Source: Chiloscyllium plagiosum (taxonomy: Eukaryota). Taken from it: DNA of 24,182 nucleotides. The notes under the pieces were generated by a model, which saw nothing but the letters and a program-made list of their open reading frames with translations, did not search any database and was not told the DNA's origin. This document shows, piece after piece, positions 9,844 to 21,181 of the stretch. The position numbers and the translations under genes were made by a program. Location of the stretch: the NCBI RefSeq assembly GCF_004010195.1, contig NC_057711.1:70188944-70213125 (forward strand). The letters run 5' to 3'. Positions within the stretch are counted from its first letter, which is position 1. Each line of letters begins with the position of its first letter.

Positions 9844-10196
9844 GTAAGTATTTTCTAATGAACCCATTGTGGGATGTCATTACACACATCTGGAGTGGGT
9901 GGCACTTGCATCTGAATCTCCCTGTTAAGAGGAGGAATTTTACACTATACCACAAAAGCCCCCCTAAGGATGTTGATTTTGTAATACAAATCTATACTGC
10001 AGCTCAGGATTGAGAAGGTCTTTAGCAGGAAATCATAAAGTTCAACCTGAATTGGCAAGTCAACTTTAAAAAAATTTTAAAAAGCCTAATATTTATATAC
10101 TTCTTGAATATCATACTGCTTTATCGTCAAATGCTTTAGAAGTATAGTCTCTGCTCTAATGTAGAAAACATGATGACTAATTTATATCTGCATGGA

Positions 10197-10457
10197 AATT
10201 TCCCACAAACAGCTCAGTCATAATGATTAGATAATGCTTTTTGTGATGTTGATTGAGGTACTAACATTGTCAGGGATACTTCCCTGTGCACCTTGAAGCA
10301 GTGGCATGGGATCTTTTATGTTCATCTAAAATGAAAGATGGGCCCTGTTTTAGTCCGAGTACTGTAATGATGTGTCAGCCTTGAATCTCATCCTGGAATG
10401 GGACTTGAACCTCAAACCTTTTTGGGAAGAGTGTGACCCATTGAGGCAGAGCTGACA
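10197..10457 (-). mobile_element. DeuSINE (SacSINE1-like), near full length with internal deletion
   Basis: Minus-strand head TGTCAGCTCTGCCTCAATGGGTCACACTC...GGTTCAAGTCCCATTCCAG (A/B boxes), Deu core taaaagatcccatgccactgcttcaag, and 3' part gctgtttgtggga. Confidence 0.85.
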
Positions 10458-10572
10458 TAGAATCATGGAGTCATAGAGATGTACAGCACGGAGACAAACC
10501 CTTCTGTCCAACGCATCCATGCCAACCAGATATCCTACATAAATCTTGTCCCATTTGCCAGCATTTGGCCCA
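10456..10572 (-). mobile_element. CR1 (HER1-like) extreme 3' fragment
   Basis: The reverse complement matches 7008-7102 (gctggcaaatgggacaagatt...ggatatct...ctgtacatctctatgactcc). It abuts the SINE head. Confidence 0.9.
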
Positions 10573-10817
10573 ATGCAACTTCTCAAAAGTGCTGAGGTGA
10601 ATCATAATGAGAGGTAAATAACAAAAAGTAAGAAAGTTACTGCCATTTTCACCAAACTTGTGATGGACTGCTGACAGTTAATAGAAAAATCTGTCTCAAT
10701 TTTTTGACGAAGCTTAAGAATATCTTCAAATAACCTATTTGGATTAGCTTCTTGGGTGAATTTTATTGATACCCTTTCCAGGAAATGTGGAAATGTTTTG
10801 AAAGTTAATGTATGCAG

Positions 10818-11134
10818 TTTTTATTTTATTCACATATGGGACGTGGGCATCATTGGCTGGCCAGCATTTATTGTCTCTTCCTAATTGCCCATGAGAAGGT
10901 AGTAGTGAACTGCATTCTTGAGCCACTGCAGTCCACATGCTGTAGGTTGACCCACAATGCCCTTAGGGAGGGAATTTGAGTATTTTGACCAGCGACAGTA
11001 AAGGAACAGCGATATATTTCCAAGTCAGAATGGTGAGTGGCTTGGAGGGGAACTTGGAGATGTTGGTGTTCCCATTATTTGCTGCCCTTGCCCTTCTAGA
11101 TGAAAGTGGCTGTGGGTTTGGAAAGTTCTGTCTA
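10818..11134 (-). mobile_element. 3' end of a second CR1/L2-group LINE family
   Basis: Closely similar to 19299-19605 (ttttgacccagc...aaggaacagc.atatatttccaagtcag.atggtgagtg.cttggagggg). Confidence 0.9.
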
Positions 11135-12524
11135 AAATTGCCTACAATATTTTATTTTGCCCAATGTGAAGTTCTGCCAGTGGCATGGGAGCTAAGGGAG
11201 TTTATCGGGCCTATTGCTCCAAACTATACTTCATTTTTCTTATCTCAACCTTGTCATAGAATTAAAGTTAAAAAACAATAAATATTAGTAACATTGCAAA
11301 ATTCTCGCTTTCACTGAACTATATCAATCTCTGTGAAGAAATGTTTTTTAAAACATAGACTGAAGCATTTGAAAATAATTTCTAATATGTTAAAAGCAGT
11401 GTTCAGCAGATTTAATGTTGGGGAGTTTTAAAATATGGTCTTTGTCAGCCAATAAAAACAGATAATTGCTTGGCACAGCAGGAGCAGGACCCTTGGGATT
11501 CTATAGTAAACAAAGGTGGAATTCTGTGGCAAAGCCTTTCTAATATTGTAGCAGACAATCCAAATCCAGCAATATTTCAGAATGTTTGTTTTACGAATAA
11601 AATATGTACAAACTAAAGCGTGTGACCTCTGGTCCCTTTCAAAGCAACTCCATTGGCCAGATTCATCGATCAAAAGCAAAAAGCAACTACGACTAAGCTA
11701 TGTTTCCGTCAACATGTGCTCTTTACTCATTGACCAAAGCTGTCTGCAACAACATCTATTTATCATAATTTTCTTGGCACCTAATTCTGCTGTGCATTTC
11801 TTGTATGTATGCTCCGACTATTTAGAGTAGATTTTATGAATGTGTCATTCCTGCATGACATCTTGTCAGCTGGGAGTGCACATGAGAAACAATAGGAACA
11901 TTTCACCTCCATTCTGCACCCCTTAACTGAATGGAAAATTATGGGTAACAGGCCTTCACATTCCTAATATGTGATTCCATAGGATAGAGTCTGTGCCAGA
12001 TGTACAATTTATCTTTCAATGTCACGTTGTAGTTGAAGCAATGTAAAAAAACACATTTTCCATGAAACATGTAAACATCATCATAACTTTTTCAAATCAT
12101 ATAAACCAACTCTTCACCCCTCCACTTGGGAAAAAAGGCTGCCTGTCATATTCAGCTTCCTTTAAACTCAGTTACGGTTGAACACTTGGATAGTGCCAAA
12201 GTAGCCGACAGAAAATAGCACCCCACCCCGTTGTTTTATTTTCCATTGCTTTCCTGGCATTCATGTGAACAAATGCTATGGCTGCAGAACCCAAGAATTC
12301 CAAGGAAACAAATTTAGACATCTGTCATTGGGAATGGAAATCACATTTAAATGATAATAAAAACAAATACATTGAGGAAAACAAATGCAAAACAGAAAGG
12401 AGGACACTTCAACATATGTTAACATTTCCAAACTAGTAGTAACCATAGCTGCATCAATCTTAAAAGCATTTTTGTCATCACTATATATTTATTGTGAGTG
12501 TACTAGCTCAAACTGAATTAAAAT

Positions 12525-12783
12525 GCTTGCAACCTCAATGTTATCCTCAAACTGAGCTTTAATGTTGACTTCACAAAGATCATCTGTAAACATATGATCA
12601 GCTTGCATTCCTATCTCAGCTTATCTACATCATCTGGCATCTTGAAACTTGATTTAGTCCAATGCTCTCCTATTTCACCTCCCATCCTTTACCCTCCAGA
12701 TCATCCAAAGTTACGTTGCCATATCTTAATGTAGATTCCTCTGACCCATTATATCTGTCTTCACTGATCTATTTTGGCTTTCC
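12525..12783 (+). mobile_element. Ancient L2 LINE RT C-terminal relic
   Basis: Frameshifted translation NLNVIL...LKLD..SNALLFHLP....QIIQS....PIISVFTDLFWL corresponds to L2 RNLGV / SRLDYSNALL.GLP / LQ.IQN.AAR / PIT.VL..LHWLP. Confidence 0.7.
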
Positions 12784-13012
12784 TAGGATCTAGGCAGTTG
12801 AATCTAGGGTGGCCAGTTATGGGAAATTGGCAAAGGGGATATACAAGATACCAGAGTTAGTGGAGTCAAGTTTGTTAGGGGAAGTTTGTAGAATAGGAGG
12901 AAATTACAGGGACAGAAAGTGACATGAAATTGGAGGGATTTAAGCATAAGGATGAGAATTTTATATTTGAGGTGTCAGGGTGAGGAAGCTGATGCAGATT
13001 AGTGAGGGTGGA
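12783..13012 (-). mobile_element. L2 LINE relic, the next segment of ORF2 in inverted orientation
   Basis: ggagggatttaagcataaggatgagaattttatatttgagg read on the minus strand gives KILILMLKSL (L2 FKILILVFKSL); it ends ttcaactgcctagatcctag. Confidence 0.7.
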
Positions 13013-15914
13013 TTTTATGTTGTTCATTCCGAACAATTGGCTGTTATCTTGTTTTTCTCTGCTCTTGTTATAGACGACCACTAAACAAAAATAATTGAAA
13101 TACAAAGTCAATATTGGTGGGATGCAAAACAGATGCTTGTTGATTAGCGCTCTGTTATACATCAGGCCCAATTATAACTTTCATTTCCAATGACAGATGC
13201 CCACTGTTCTTTATCACAAACTGTTTTATATTCTTTATTTGTACATTTTTTGCATATAATCCATGGCCGTGTAAGTACAACTATTAGCCATTGAAAAGTT
13301 GCACTTCGACAATATTAAATATTGCATTTTACTGTCAATAACACACTTGCACTTACAAGGACCAAAGGAACTTCACTTCAGTGAACAAATGACAGTCTTC
13401 ACCTGCTGTCTCCTGTCACCGGGGTAAATGAAGTACCATCAGAACTATAGTTTCTCTTTTGGCTGCTCAACAAGTCTAAGAATAATATTTTGTGGCTCAC
13501 TGATTGCCTCTCTATGGATAATGTGACCATTATTATTTCCATTCCTATTTAATTTTCAGTATCCTTTTGGACAAAAAAAAATTTTTGTGAACGAAATACT
13601 GGCATCCTTGTTATATGTTCTGTTGTGCGACAAACATAGTGTAAGAGGCACCTGTGATTTAATAGACAGTCTTTGTAGGCATTCAGAGCTGACTATCTAC
13701 AACCTGACTGATTTCTAGATAGAGTGCCTAATGTCAGTAGCACATCCCTCCCGGTGAGGAGAATAGGGAGTGGAGAGAAATAAATCTGCAAAAATAATTC
13801 AGCTGATCCACAAGGTATGGCTCCTGTTGGGTTATAAAATTGGCACTGAAAGACGTAGTAGTGAAATTCAAAGCTAGAATGTTCTTTCTGCTAAATTCAA
13901 GGAAGACAAATGAGAAGGTAGGTTTGATTTTTTTCTTTAATTCCCAATCACTTTTCAGCGGTTATGCTTTTCTTATTTATTTTATTGGTGTATGAATTCA
14001 TAAGGCTTTCTGTACAGTGTCAGAAGCGTAAAGAATTAAGAAAGCTTGGTGGTGAATGTTTTATTTATGGCTTTGCTGGCATTCATATTTGAACATAAAA
14101 TTCAAATAATCAGCCACTCAATTCAATTAAAGCCCTTCTTAGGATCATTTTGCATCAAACTGGCTTAGCCAATTCACCCAAATCAATATTTAATGTAACA
14201 AAATCATAATGATCTCAGTTATTCTGTTGCTACATTTGACATCAAGGTCCCAAGGAGAAAATTTGTTCAGGTCTGTTACTGGATGCAGGGGTCATGTCAC
14301 ATGCTTTACCTGTGTCAGTTGAACTTTTGGTGGTATTGTGGAAATAATGGGATTCTCAGCCACCAGCTGGAGAACCAGCATGAGCCCCATGTCACCTGTT
14401 TTCAGGAAGATCTGTCACATTGTGTTTTACACAGCCACTTGATAGGCCAGTGGCAGGCCTACCCTTGGGATCAAGGACCGTAAGGGCAAAAGTCAAACCC
14501 AGTAAGAGCTACTGACCTCTATTGAACAGTCGCACTACGGGGAGGGAGAGTGGATTTTCCCCTGTATCCCTTGTCTCCACAATGCTGCAATCCAAAAGGA
14601 GCTGTAATTATCATCCCTGTGACGAGGAGCAAGTGGCACAGAGGCTTTTCAAAACTGCATAACTGATTCCAAAGATCCAACATTACTCCCTTCCAACAGA
14701 TAAAGAGCTTGCATTGAGTTCTCCAGCAACACAATATCTCTGCTCGCTCTGCAGCAGCAAGTACACAGTCAAAAGCACTACACCAGAAAATTGAATGCTG
14801 AGTCTCTTTAACTTGTAGAAGATATGCTCAGTTGTGCATGTTTAAGAGAAAAGCAAGGTCCAAAATAGCAGGGCAGATGTCAAATTAGTCTTACATATTG
14901 ACTGGCACCACAACCTGCTCACTCTGCACATGTCTGATGTTCAGACAGGAAGCCTGCACTATTGACCTTCACAACATGATGATATGCACAGCCCACACCA
15001 CAAGTAATTGGGAATAGATCACTGGACATTCTGCTTCTCAAACTGGCCCTTGTAACACAGAGATTACCAACACTACAGAGTACAGTTTTGTGACCCTGAG
15101 TTTCTACTGCCATAATTACTAAATTATCCACAGTTATAAAACTAATTTGCTTATCCTGATGACAAAGACCACTTTTTTTGTGAATCTAAGTTATCACCAG
15201 AATATGAGAGCCTTTGTTACTTATACCATGGGCTGCAGCTGATGGAAGGAATCAAGAGCAGTCAAAGGAGCCAGATGGAAGCAGTTGATGGAGGTAGAGA
15301 TGTCCATCTTTACTTTGCTTCCCTCAACCTCATACAGTATTACACGGATGAGATAAAAAGCACTGATTTTTTTAAATGCTTAGTTATAGCAGAATCTAGA
15401 TGCACGTGCCAAATGAGGCCAGTAGTGAGATCCTAGTAAATTGACCCATTGCCTGTTTAATACAGTGGGAATGAGGCAATCATGGCTACAGACACATTTG
15501 CTGGTCATGGGAGGGTGGAAGATTTGGTTGGTTGGTTGTCAGTGAAGATAAAGGTGAGTTCAATGAGAGCTAAGGGAAAGGGGAAGAAGTTGGAGGAAGA
15601 GCAGCTTCATAGCTAGGTAAGCATATTCTTTTAAATTTGTTGTCTTAGTGACAGCTCTCATTAAGTAAAGTTGGTTAGTCTGCATGTAGACCATTAACCC
15701 TGAATGCAGCACTCCAAAAGTGAAATCAATTCAGGTCCTAAAACATACATTAGGATATTTTGGGTGCCTATTGGCTACTGGAGGCTAATGCCAGGTATTG
15801 GTCATCAAGGCATGATCCTAACTGGCATGAATGTATTTGCAATGCTGTTTAATGAGGGATGTGACCTTCTAACTTGGTTTTGTGCATGTGTGTACCTACA
15901 AAACAGGTGTAATA

Positions 15915-16072
15915 TGATTTGAGTGTACAGCACAGTGGGGTGTTAAATGTGAGGACTTTATTGAGGTTAACTAAAGCTGCCTGCTTACCGGATCTGTGCC
16001 TCATGATGGAGGTCACATGACCAAGGCATACTCGGTCAGATATTTGTACCTAATCATACTTCAACCCCAACA
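15915..16072 (-). repeat. 3' LTR, with polypurine tract at 16073-16082
   Basis: TG...CA termini; the minus strand reads AAAAGTGGGA|TGTTGG. The first 50 nt align ungapped to 18172-18221 at 35/50. Confidence 0.8.
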
Positions 16073-18152
16073 TCCCACTTTTGATTTTAAAAAAGTGAAT
16101 GGCATCTATTGTCACGTGCATTTTTAGTTACCCAAGTTACCAACTGTACACACTATTGTTTTCATGCCTTAGCAGTTCATCATTTCTATCTCAGAATTTG
16201 CGTTGCACACATAGCCTTTAAATCATGCTAGTCTGTTAATGGTTCCCATATGTATTGCTCATCTAGGTGTTTTTTTTGTTCAACGGTGTCGCTTGTGTGC
16301 CATTTGCAGTTGCAGTGAGAGTTATTGTTATTCTATTACTATTGGTAGAGAGGGTTGCTTTGTATCTCTGGATCTGCTGGCAGCTGTGTGTTCTGTGTAC
16401 ATGGTACATTCACCTTTTCCTGATCAACCACATGCAGCTGCGGAATAGCTAGTTTGGTGTTTGTGCTTTATGTGGTCTTTTGCTTCCACTGTGTACGATC
16501 AAGGTGACAATTGCTCCACCTGGGTCTTCTTTTGTTTAGGTCATTGAATGTTTGTACCAAGACTTGCTCTATAATACTCAACTCTGGCAATGGTTTAGCA
16601 ATCTTGTCAAAATAATATTCAGTTTGCTGCCATTTCACCTTTTCATTCACATCAGCCACTACTGGCATGTTGGAATGGATTTGCTGAGCAAACCAGAACA
16701 AGTACAAGTTTTCAGTGGCATGTTTTCTATTGGAAGTCTAGTTTATTGGTGCTGGGACATTAATAATTGCACATGCCTTTAGTAAGTGTTTGTGAGGATT
16801 ACCTTGTATGTATCTGTTCAAGATTTGCTCAATTTCTTTATGATTCCTTTGGCAACTTTCGCTCCCACCTCATTTTTTCCATTTGACTGCCATAATGTGG
16901 AGATGATGTGTCGTGATGAATTTTCCAATTGTTTATGAACCGACTGAATTCTTCTTGTAAACTGAAAGTCGTTGTCACTCATAACAATGCCAGAAATGCC
17001 ACAATGTTTGAAGTGCAATTTTACGCGTTTGAAAATCTTAGCAGTAGACATTGAGGGCAACTAGTCCTTAACCTTACTTTCAAGGGTTTCGTTTTTGGAC
17101 CACCCTGTTGAGATACTTTGCACAGGTCTCTGTGGTTGTGATGTTGCACAACGTGTCAGTATCTATCTGACCAGATGGTCTCCTTCTGCAATCCTTATTC
17201 CAAAACTCACAAACCATGTCTCACCCATTGAATGAACCACGCTGTTATTTGATGTATAGAGTTCCATCAGAATCTTCAGCCACAATTTCTCCAACGGCTG
17301 TCTGTATCTGCATGTTGTGCTTCATTTTTGGTGTACACATTTGTGCAAAATGATGCAACCCTTTTTTTGCAATGAGAACACTAGTTTCCCCATACTGGAT
17401 GTGCCTTCTTCTCTTTTTAATGATGTTTTTCACAGTTTTTACATCCTGCCTTTCGTTCTGTTATTGTCCTGCCCGACAATGTGCATGGCATTATCTGTCA
17501 ATGCACTGCAAGGCCTGGTTTGTTCTGTTGTGAATATGTTCTATCTTTTGAGTTACAGTCTCAGAAATTCTGCACAGGTGAGTTGCCCTCTTGATTGTAA
17601 GCTTTGTCCTCTCAGTAGTTGTGCTTTCACTTTTGGATACCTTACTCGTCACGCAATCCTATCACAAATTAACTCATACTTGAATTGAAAAAATGTGTAG
17701 GTTTCTGCAAGCTGAGTTAATGATGTTATGCAATATCAATGGACTATTTTACTTTTGTTGGCATACTATTCATACATAACACTCACATTGGGCTTCAAGT
17801 GTATCTTCGAAGTTTTTAAAATTTTTGCCGTGTATTTCTTTTCTGCTCTTCAGGGAGACTAAGGGCTGAATATATTATGATGAAGTCTCTTCTCAACAGT
17901 CGTAAAATTGTAGTGACTTGTACTTGTTCTGGTTTGCTCAACAAATCCATTGCTATTGCTTAATTCTGCCATTGTTAATGGAAAAATTCCCAATACTTTT
18001 GCACAACCCCAGTAATTTAAACAAGAGTTTGTAGGGGGGGAGAAAAAAACAGCCATTTTCTCTTAAGCAGTGTTTTCAATGTGATCCTCCTTTTATCTTT
18101 TTCAATCACAGCTCATAGCTCTGTAGCTGTGATTTTTATTCCAACTCTTGTA

Positions 18153-18171
18153 ATTCCCCACTCTGATACCA
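18153..18171 (-). promoter_or_regulatory. tRNA primer-binding site of the Gypsy element
   Basis: Minus strand ...AAACA|TGGTATCAGAGTGGGGAAT directly after the LTR end; closest to the tRNA-Leu type TGGTGTCAGAAGTGGGAT as recalled. Confidence 0.75.
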
Positions 18172-18320
18172 TGTTTCGAATATACAGCATAGCAATGTGT
18201 TCAACACAAGGACTTTAGTGACATGAAGATGTCTGCCACAGGGAGTGTTCCTTATGGTAGAGATCACGTGACTGGAGGAGACTGGATTGACCTTTGCAAC
18301 CAAATACAGATACTGATTTT
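18172..18320 (-). repeat. 5' LTR (outer boundary approximate)
   Basis: Homologous to 15915-16060 through tacagca, aggacttta.tga and tcac.tgac. Confidence 0.7.
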
Positions 18321-18684
18321 CTGGGTAAAATTATGATGACACTATCCCTTATTTGTGATAGAAATAAATGTGTCTAATTCAGAAACTTCACTGTATCTGA
18401 AAAAAAAACAGATTGAAAATTTGAAGATCCCTGACAGAAAAGAACTGTGTTAACAACAGCTCTAGTATCTAATCTGTTTTCAAATAAACATTCAAATTGC
18501 ACTAATGTTTCATCAGCACTTTGGGAATCCCTGAGAGGGATAGCTTTACACACATGCACTAATGAATAAAACAGAAATCTTTATGTGAACAATACTCTTG
18601 GGATGGTTTCATTGAACAGATTGGTTTGATACTTTGATCAAGGATGTTGATTCTGATTTGACAAGATTTTATCTATACAGCTGA

Positions 18685-19008
18685 AGATTGATTAGATTCC
18701 CTACAGTGTGGGAACAGGCCTTTCAGCCCAATAAGTTCACACTGATCCTCCGAAGATCAACCCACCCAGACCCGTTCCCCTACATTTAGCCCTGCACATA
18801 ACACTATGGGCAATTTAGTAGCATGGCCAATTCACCTGACCTGCACATCTTTGTACTGTGGGTGGAAACCAGAGCACCTGTAGGAAACCCGCGCAGACAC
18901 GGGGAGAATGTGCAAACTCCACACAGACAGTTGCCCGAGGCAGGAATTGAACCCGGATCCCTGGCGCTGTGAGACAGCAGTGCTAACCACTGAACCACCA
19001 TGCTGCCC
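18685..19008 (-). mobile_element. HE1-type V-SINE, full length
   Basis: Same head, V-domain and tail architecture as 2852-3168; tail ends ...gggaatctaatcaatct. Confidence 0.95.
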
Positions 19009-19298
19009 ATAAAGATTAACCCATTCAGACGACAACTGTACAAAATGACCGTGGCAGCAATATTCAGTATTCAATATGCAGCTTCAACATTGTCCCTTCC
19101 CTGATCCTCTCATTAACAACCTTTTTTACTTTGATTTTCAGCCTGCACATTGGTAACTGTTTATATTTAAGAGTTAAAAGTCTGTTTTGGGCGGAAGGGG
19201 TCATGATTCACAATCTGTTGCCCTTGTTCCTTTTGAAGCAGGCAATGTAAAACTTTATTGTGCCTTATTTGAACAATTTCACAATGAAGCCCAATGCA

Positions 19299-20070
19299 TT
19301 TTTTAATTCATTTGTGGGATGTGGGGATCACTGGCGGCCAGCGTTTGTTGCCCGTCCCTAGTCGCCCTTGAGAAGGTGGTGCAGAGCTGCCTTCTTGAAC
19401 TGCTGCAGTCCACCTGCTGTGGGTTGACCCACAATGCCAATAGGGAAGGAATTCCAGGATTTTGACCCAGCAACAATGAAGGAACAGCAATATATTTCCA
19501 AGTCAGGATGGTGAGTGACTTGGAGGGGAAATTGAAAGTGGTGGCTTTCCCATGTGTCCTTCTAGGTAGAAGTAGTCATGGGTTTGGAAGGTGCTATCTG
19601 AAGATCTTTGGTGAATCTCTGCAGTACATCTTGTAGATAGTATACACTGCTACTAGTACGGAATATCGGTGATGGAGAGAGTGAACTTTTATGGATATAG
19701 TGCCTATCAAGTGGGCTGCTTTGTCCTGGATGGGGTCAAGCTTCTTGAGTGTTTTTGAACTGCACCCATTCAGGCAAGTGGGGAATATTCCATCACATTC
19801 CTGACTTGTTCCTTGTTGATGATGGAGAGACTTGGGGAGCCAGGAGGTGAGTTACTCACCACAGTATTCCTAGCCTCTGACCTGTTCTTGCAGCTACTGT
19901 GTTTATACGGCGAGTTCTAGTTGAGTTTCTGGTCAATGGTAACCTGCAGAATGTTGATAGTAGGGGATTCAGTGATGGTAACACCATTGAGTGTCAAGAG
20001 TCAGTGATTAGGTTGTCTTTTATTGGTGATGGTCATTGCCTGACATTTGTGAGGCATAAATATAATTCCC
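19299..20070 (-). mobile_element. CR1/L2-group LINE, about 770-bp 3' portion
   Basis: Minus translation across frameshifts: PHKCQAMTITNKR...NILQVTIDQKLN...GQRLGIL...QVRNVMEYSPLA*MGA...KKLDPIQDKAA (post-RT region). Confidence 0.9.
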
Positions 20071-20539
20071 TGTACTGCATCCTACACTGCTGACTCGGGA
20101 TTGGAAATCAATCAATTTTAGGCTGTCATTGTCAGGCTTGAACACTTGCAGATTGGGTAAGACATGATAAATATAATGTATGTTTCTCTGCACTCTACCC
20201 TAGCATACTCCATTAACCCCAACATTCTCACACTAATATCCCGAAATGTGATTAGTTCATGTTCAAGTAGGCCCACTAGGTATTGGAATAATTTTGCCCA
20301 AAGTAATTTCAAAACGAACTTCAACAGTTAGCAGTCCCTTCTTCCTCACAATCTGTATTTAAATTTGAACCCATGTTCAATAGAGCAGGAGCAAGTTACT
20401 AGAGATGCTGGAATCCAGTTCAAAGGGGCAATATCTAACTCCACTATGCCAGACATCTTTCCATCTCGTACCAATGTTATATCAGACTTTGGACTCTTTC
20501 CTTTGGAAAGCTTGTCAAAGTTAGCAAGTTGGTTTTGAA

Positions 20540-21074
20540 AAGAATTACTGAGATGATATCATAAATGAAGGTATCAGTACCGAGGAGTGATGATAGGAAA
20601 GAGAGTTATTTTCAAAGAATAAAGGACAATAAGATATACTTTTATTCAGGTCAAATAGGGACAAAAACATTTTCACTTATTACTGAGTTGGTAGCCTGTG
20701 AATTTCCACAATATCATTGAAAGATTTCTTGTGATCTGATGGAAGCCTTCAAAATATTAACAGGAAAATGTATGTTATATAAACTATTTCCACTGTTTGA
20801 GAATTCTAGAACGAGGGGCATAGTCTGAAAATTAGGGGCAGACAGTTCAGGAGAAATATTAGGAAGCATTGCTATTTGGAGCTGTCTTCCACAGACAGCA
20901 GTGGATGCTGGGTCAGTTGTTAATTTTAAATCTGATATAGATAATTTCTTGTTAAGCAAAGGTATTAGGGGATACAGGCCAAAGGCATGTATATGCAGAT
21001 AGGTGAAAGATCAGTAATGATCTCATTGAATTGTGGAATGGATTTGAGGGGCTGATTGGCCTATTCCTATTCCT
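20540..21074 (+). mobile_element. CR1 3' end (clear at 20729-21074, with a more decayed fragment upstream)
   Basis: DLMEAFKILTG...KLFPLFENSRTRG.SLKIRGRQFRRNIRKH..W..LPQTAVDA; 3' UTR gatctcattgaattgtggaatggatttgaggggctgattggcctattcct. Confidence 0.85.
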
Positions 21075-21181
21075 GGTCCAATGTGGGACATGGTGGTAGT
21101 GTTCTGCAGTGATCCCTCTTCAAAGTAGTTCAAAGAACTACACATACAGATTGCTTCCCTAGTGGTCCCTAGAGTTCTTAG

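Larger units (their letters stand above)
15915..18320 (-). mobile_element. Degenerate Ty3/Gypsy (Mag-like) LTR retrotransposon with internal deletion of RT/RNase H
   Basis: Minus strand order: LTR, PBS, gag (ELICDRI, zinc knuckles CKNCEKHH and CSHCKK.LHHFAQMC), protease QIDTDTLCNI, integrase HFKHCGISGIVMSDNDFQFT...QSNGKNE, YYFDKIAKPLPEL, SP*SYTVE, PPT, LTR. Confidence 0.9.

Noticed and set aside
13197..13270. Possible 74-nt cassette exon (gacAG...GTAAGT at 13271) opening with K-C-P-L
   Set aside because: It shifts the frame, has a modest pyrimidine tract, intron-like T-rich composition and no zinc-finger pattern. The AG is better explained as part of a TGACAG motif.
14270..15620. GC-richer stretch with short ORFs, possibly old transposon debris
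   Set aside because: I found no termini or protein motifs that support a family call.
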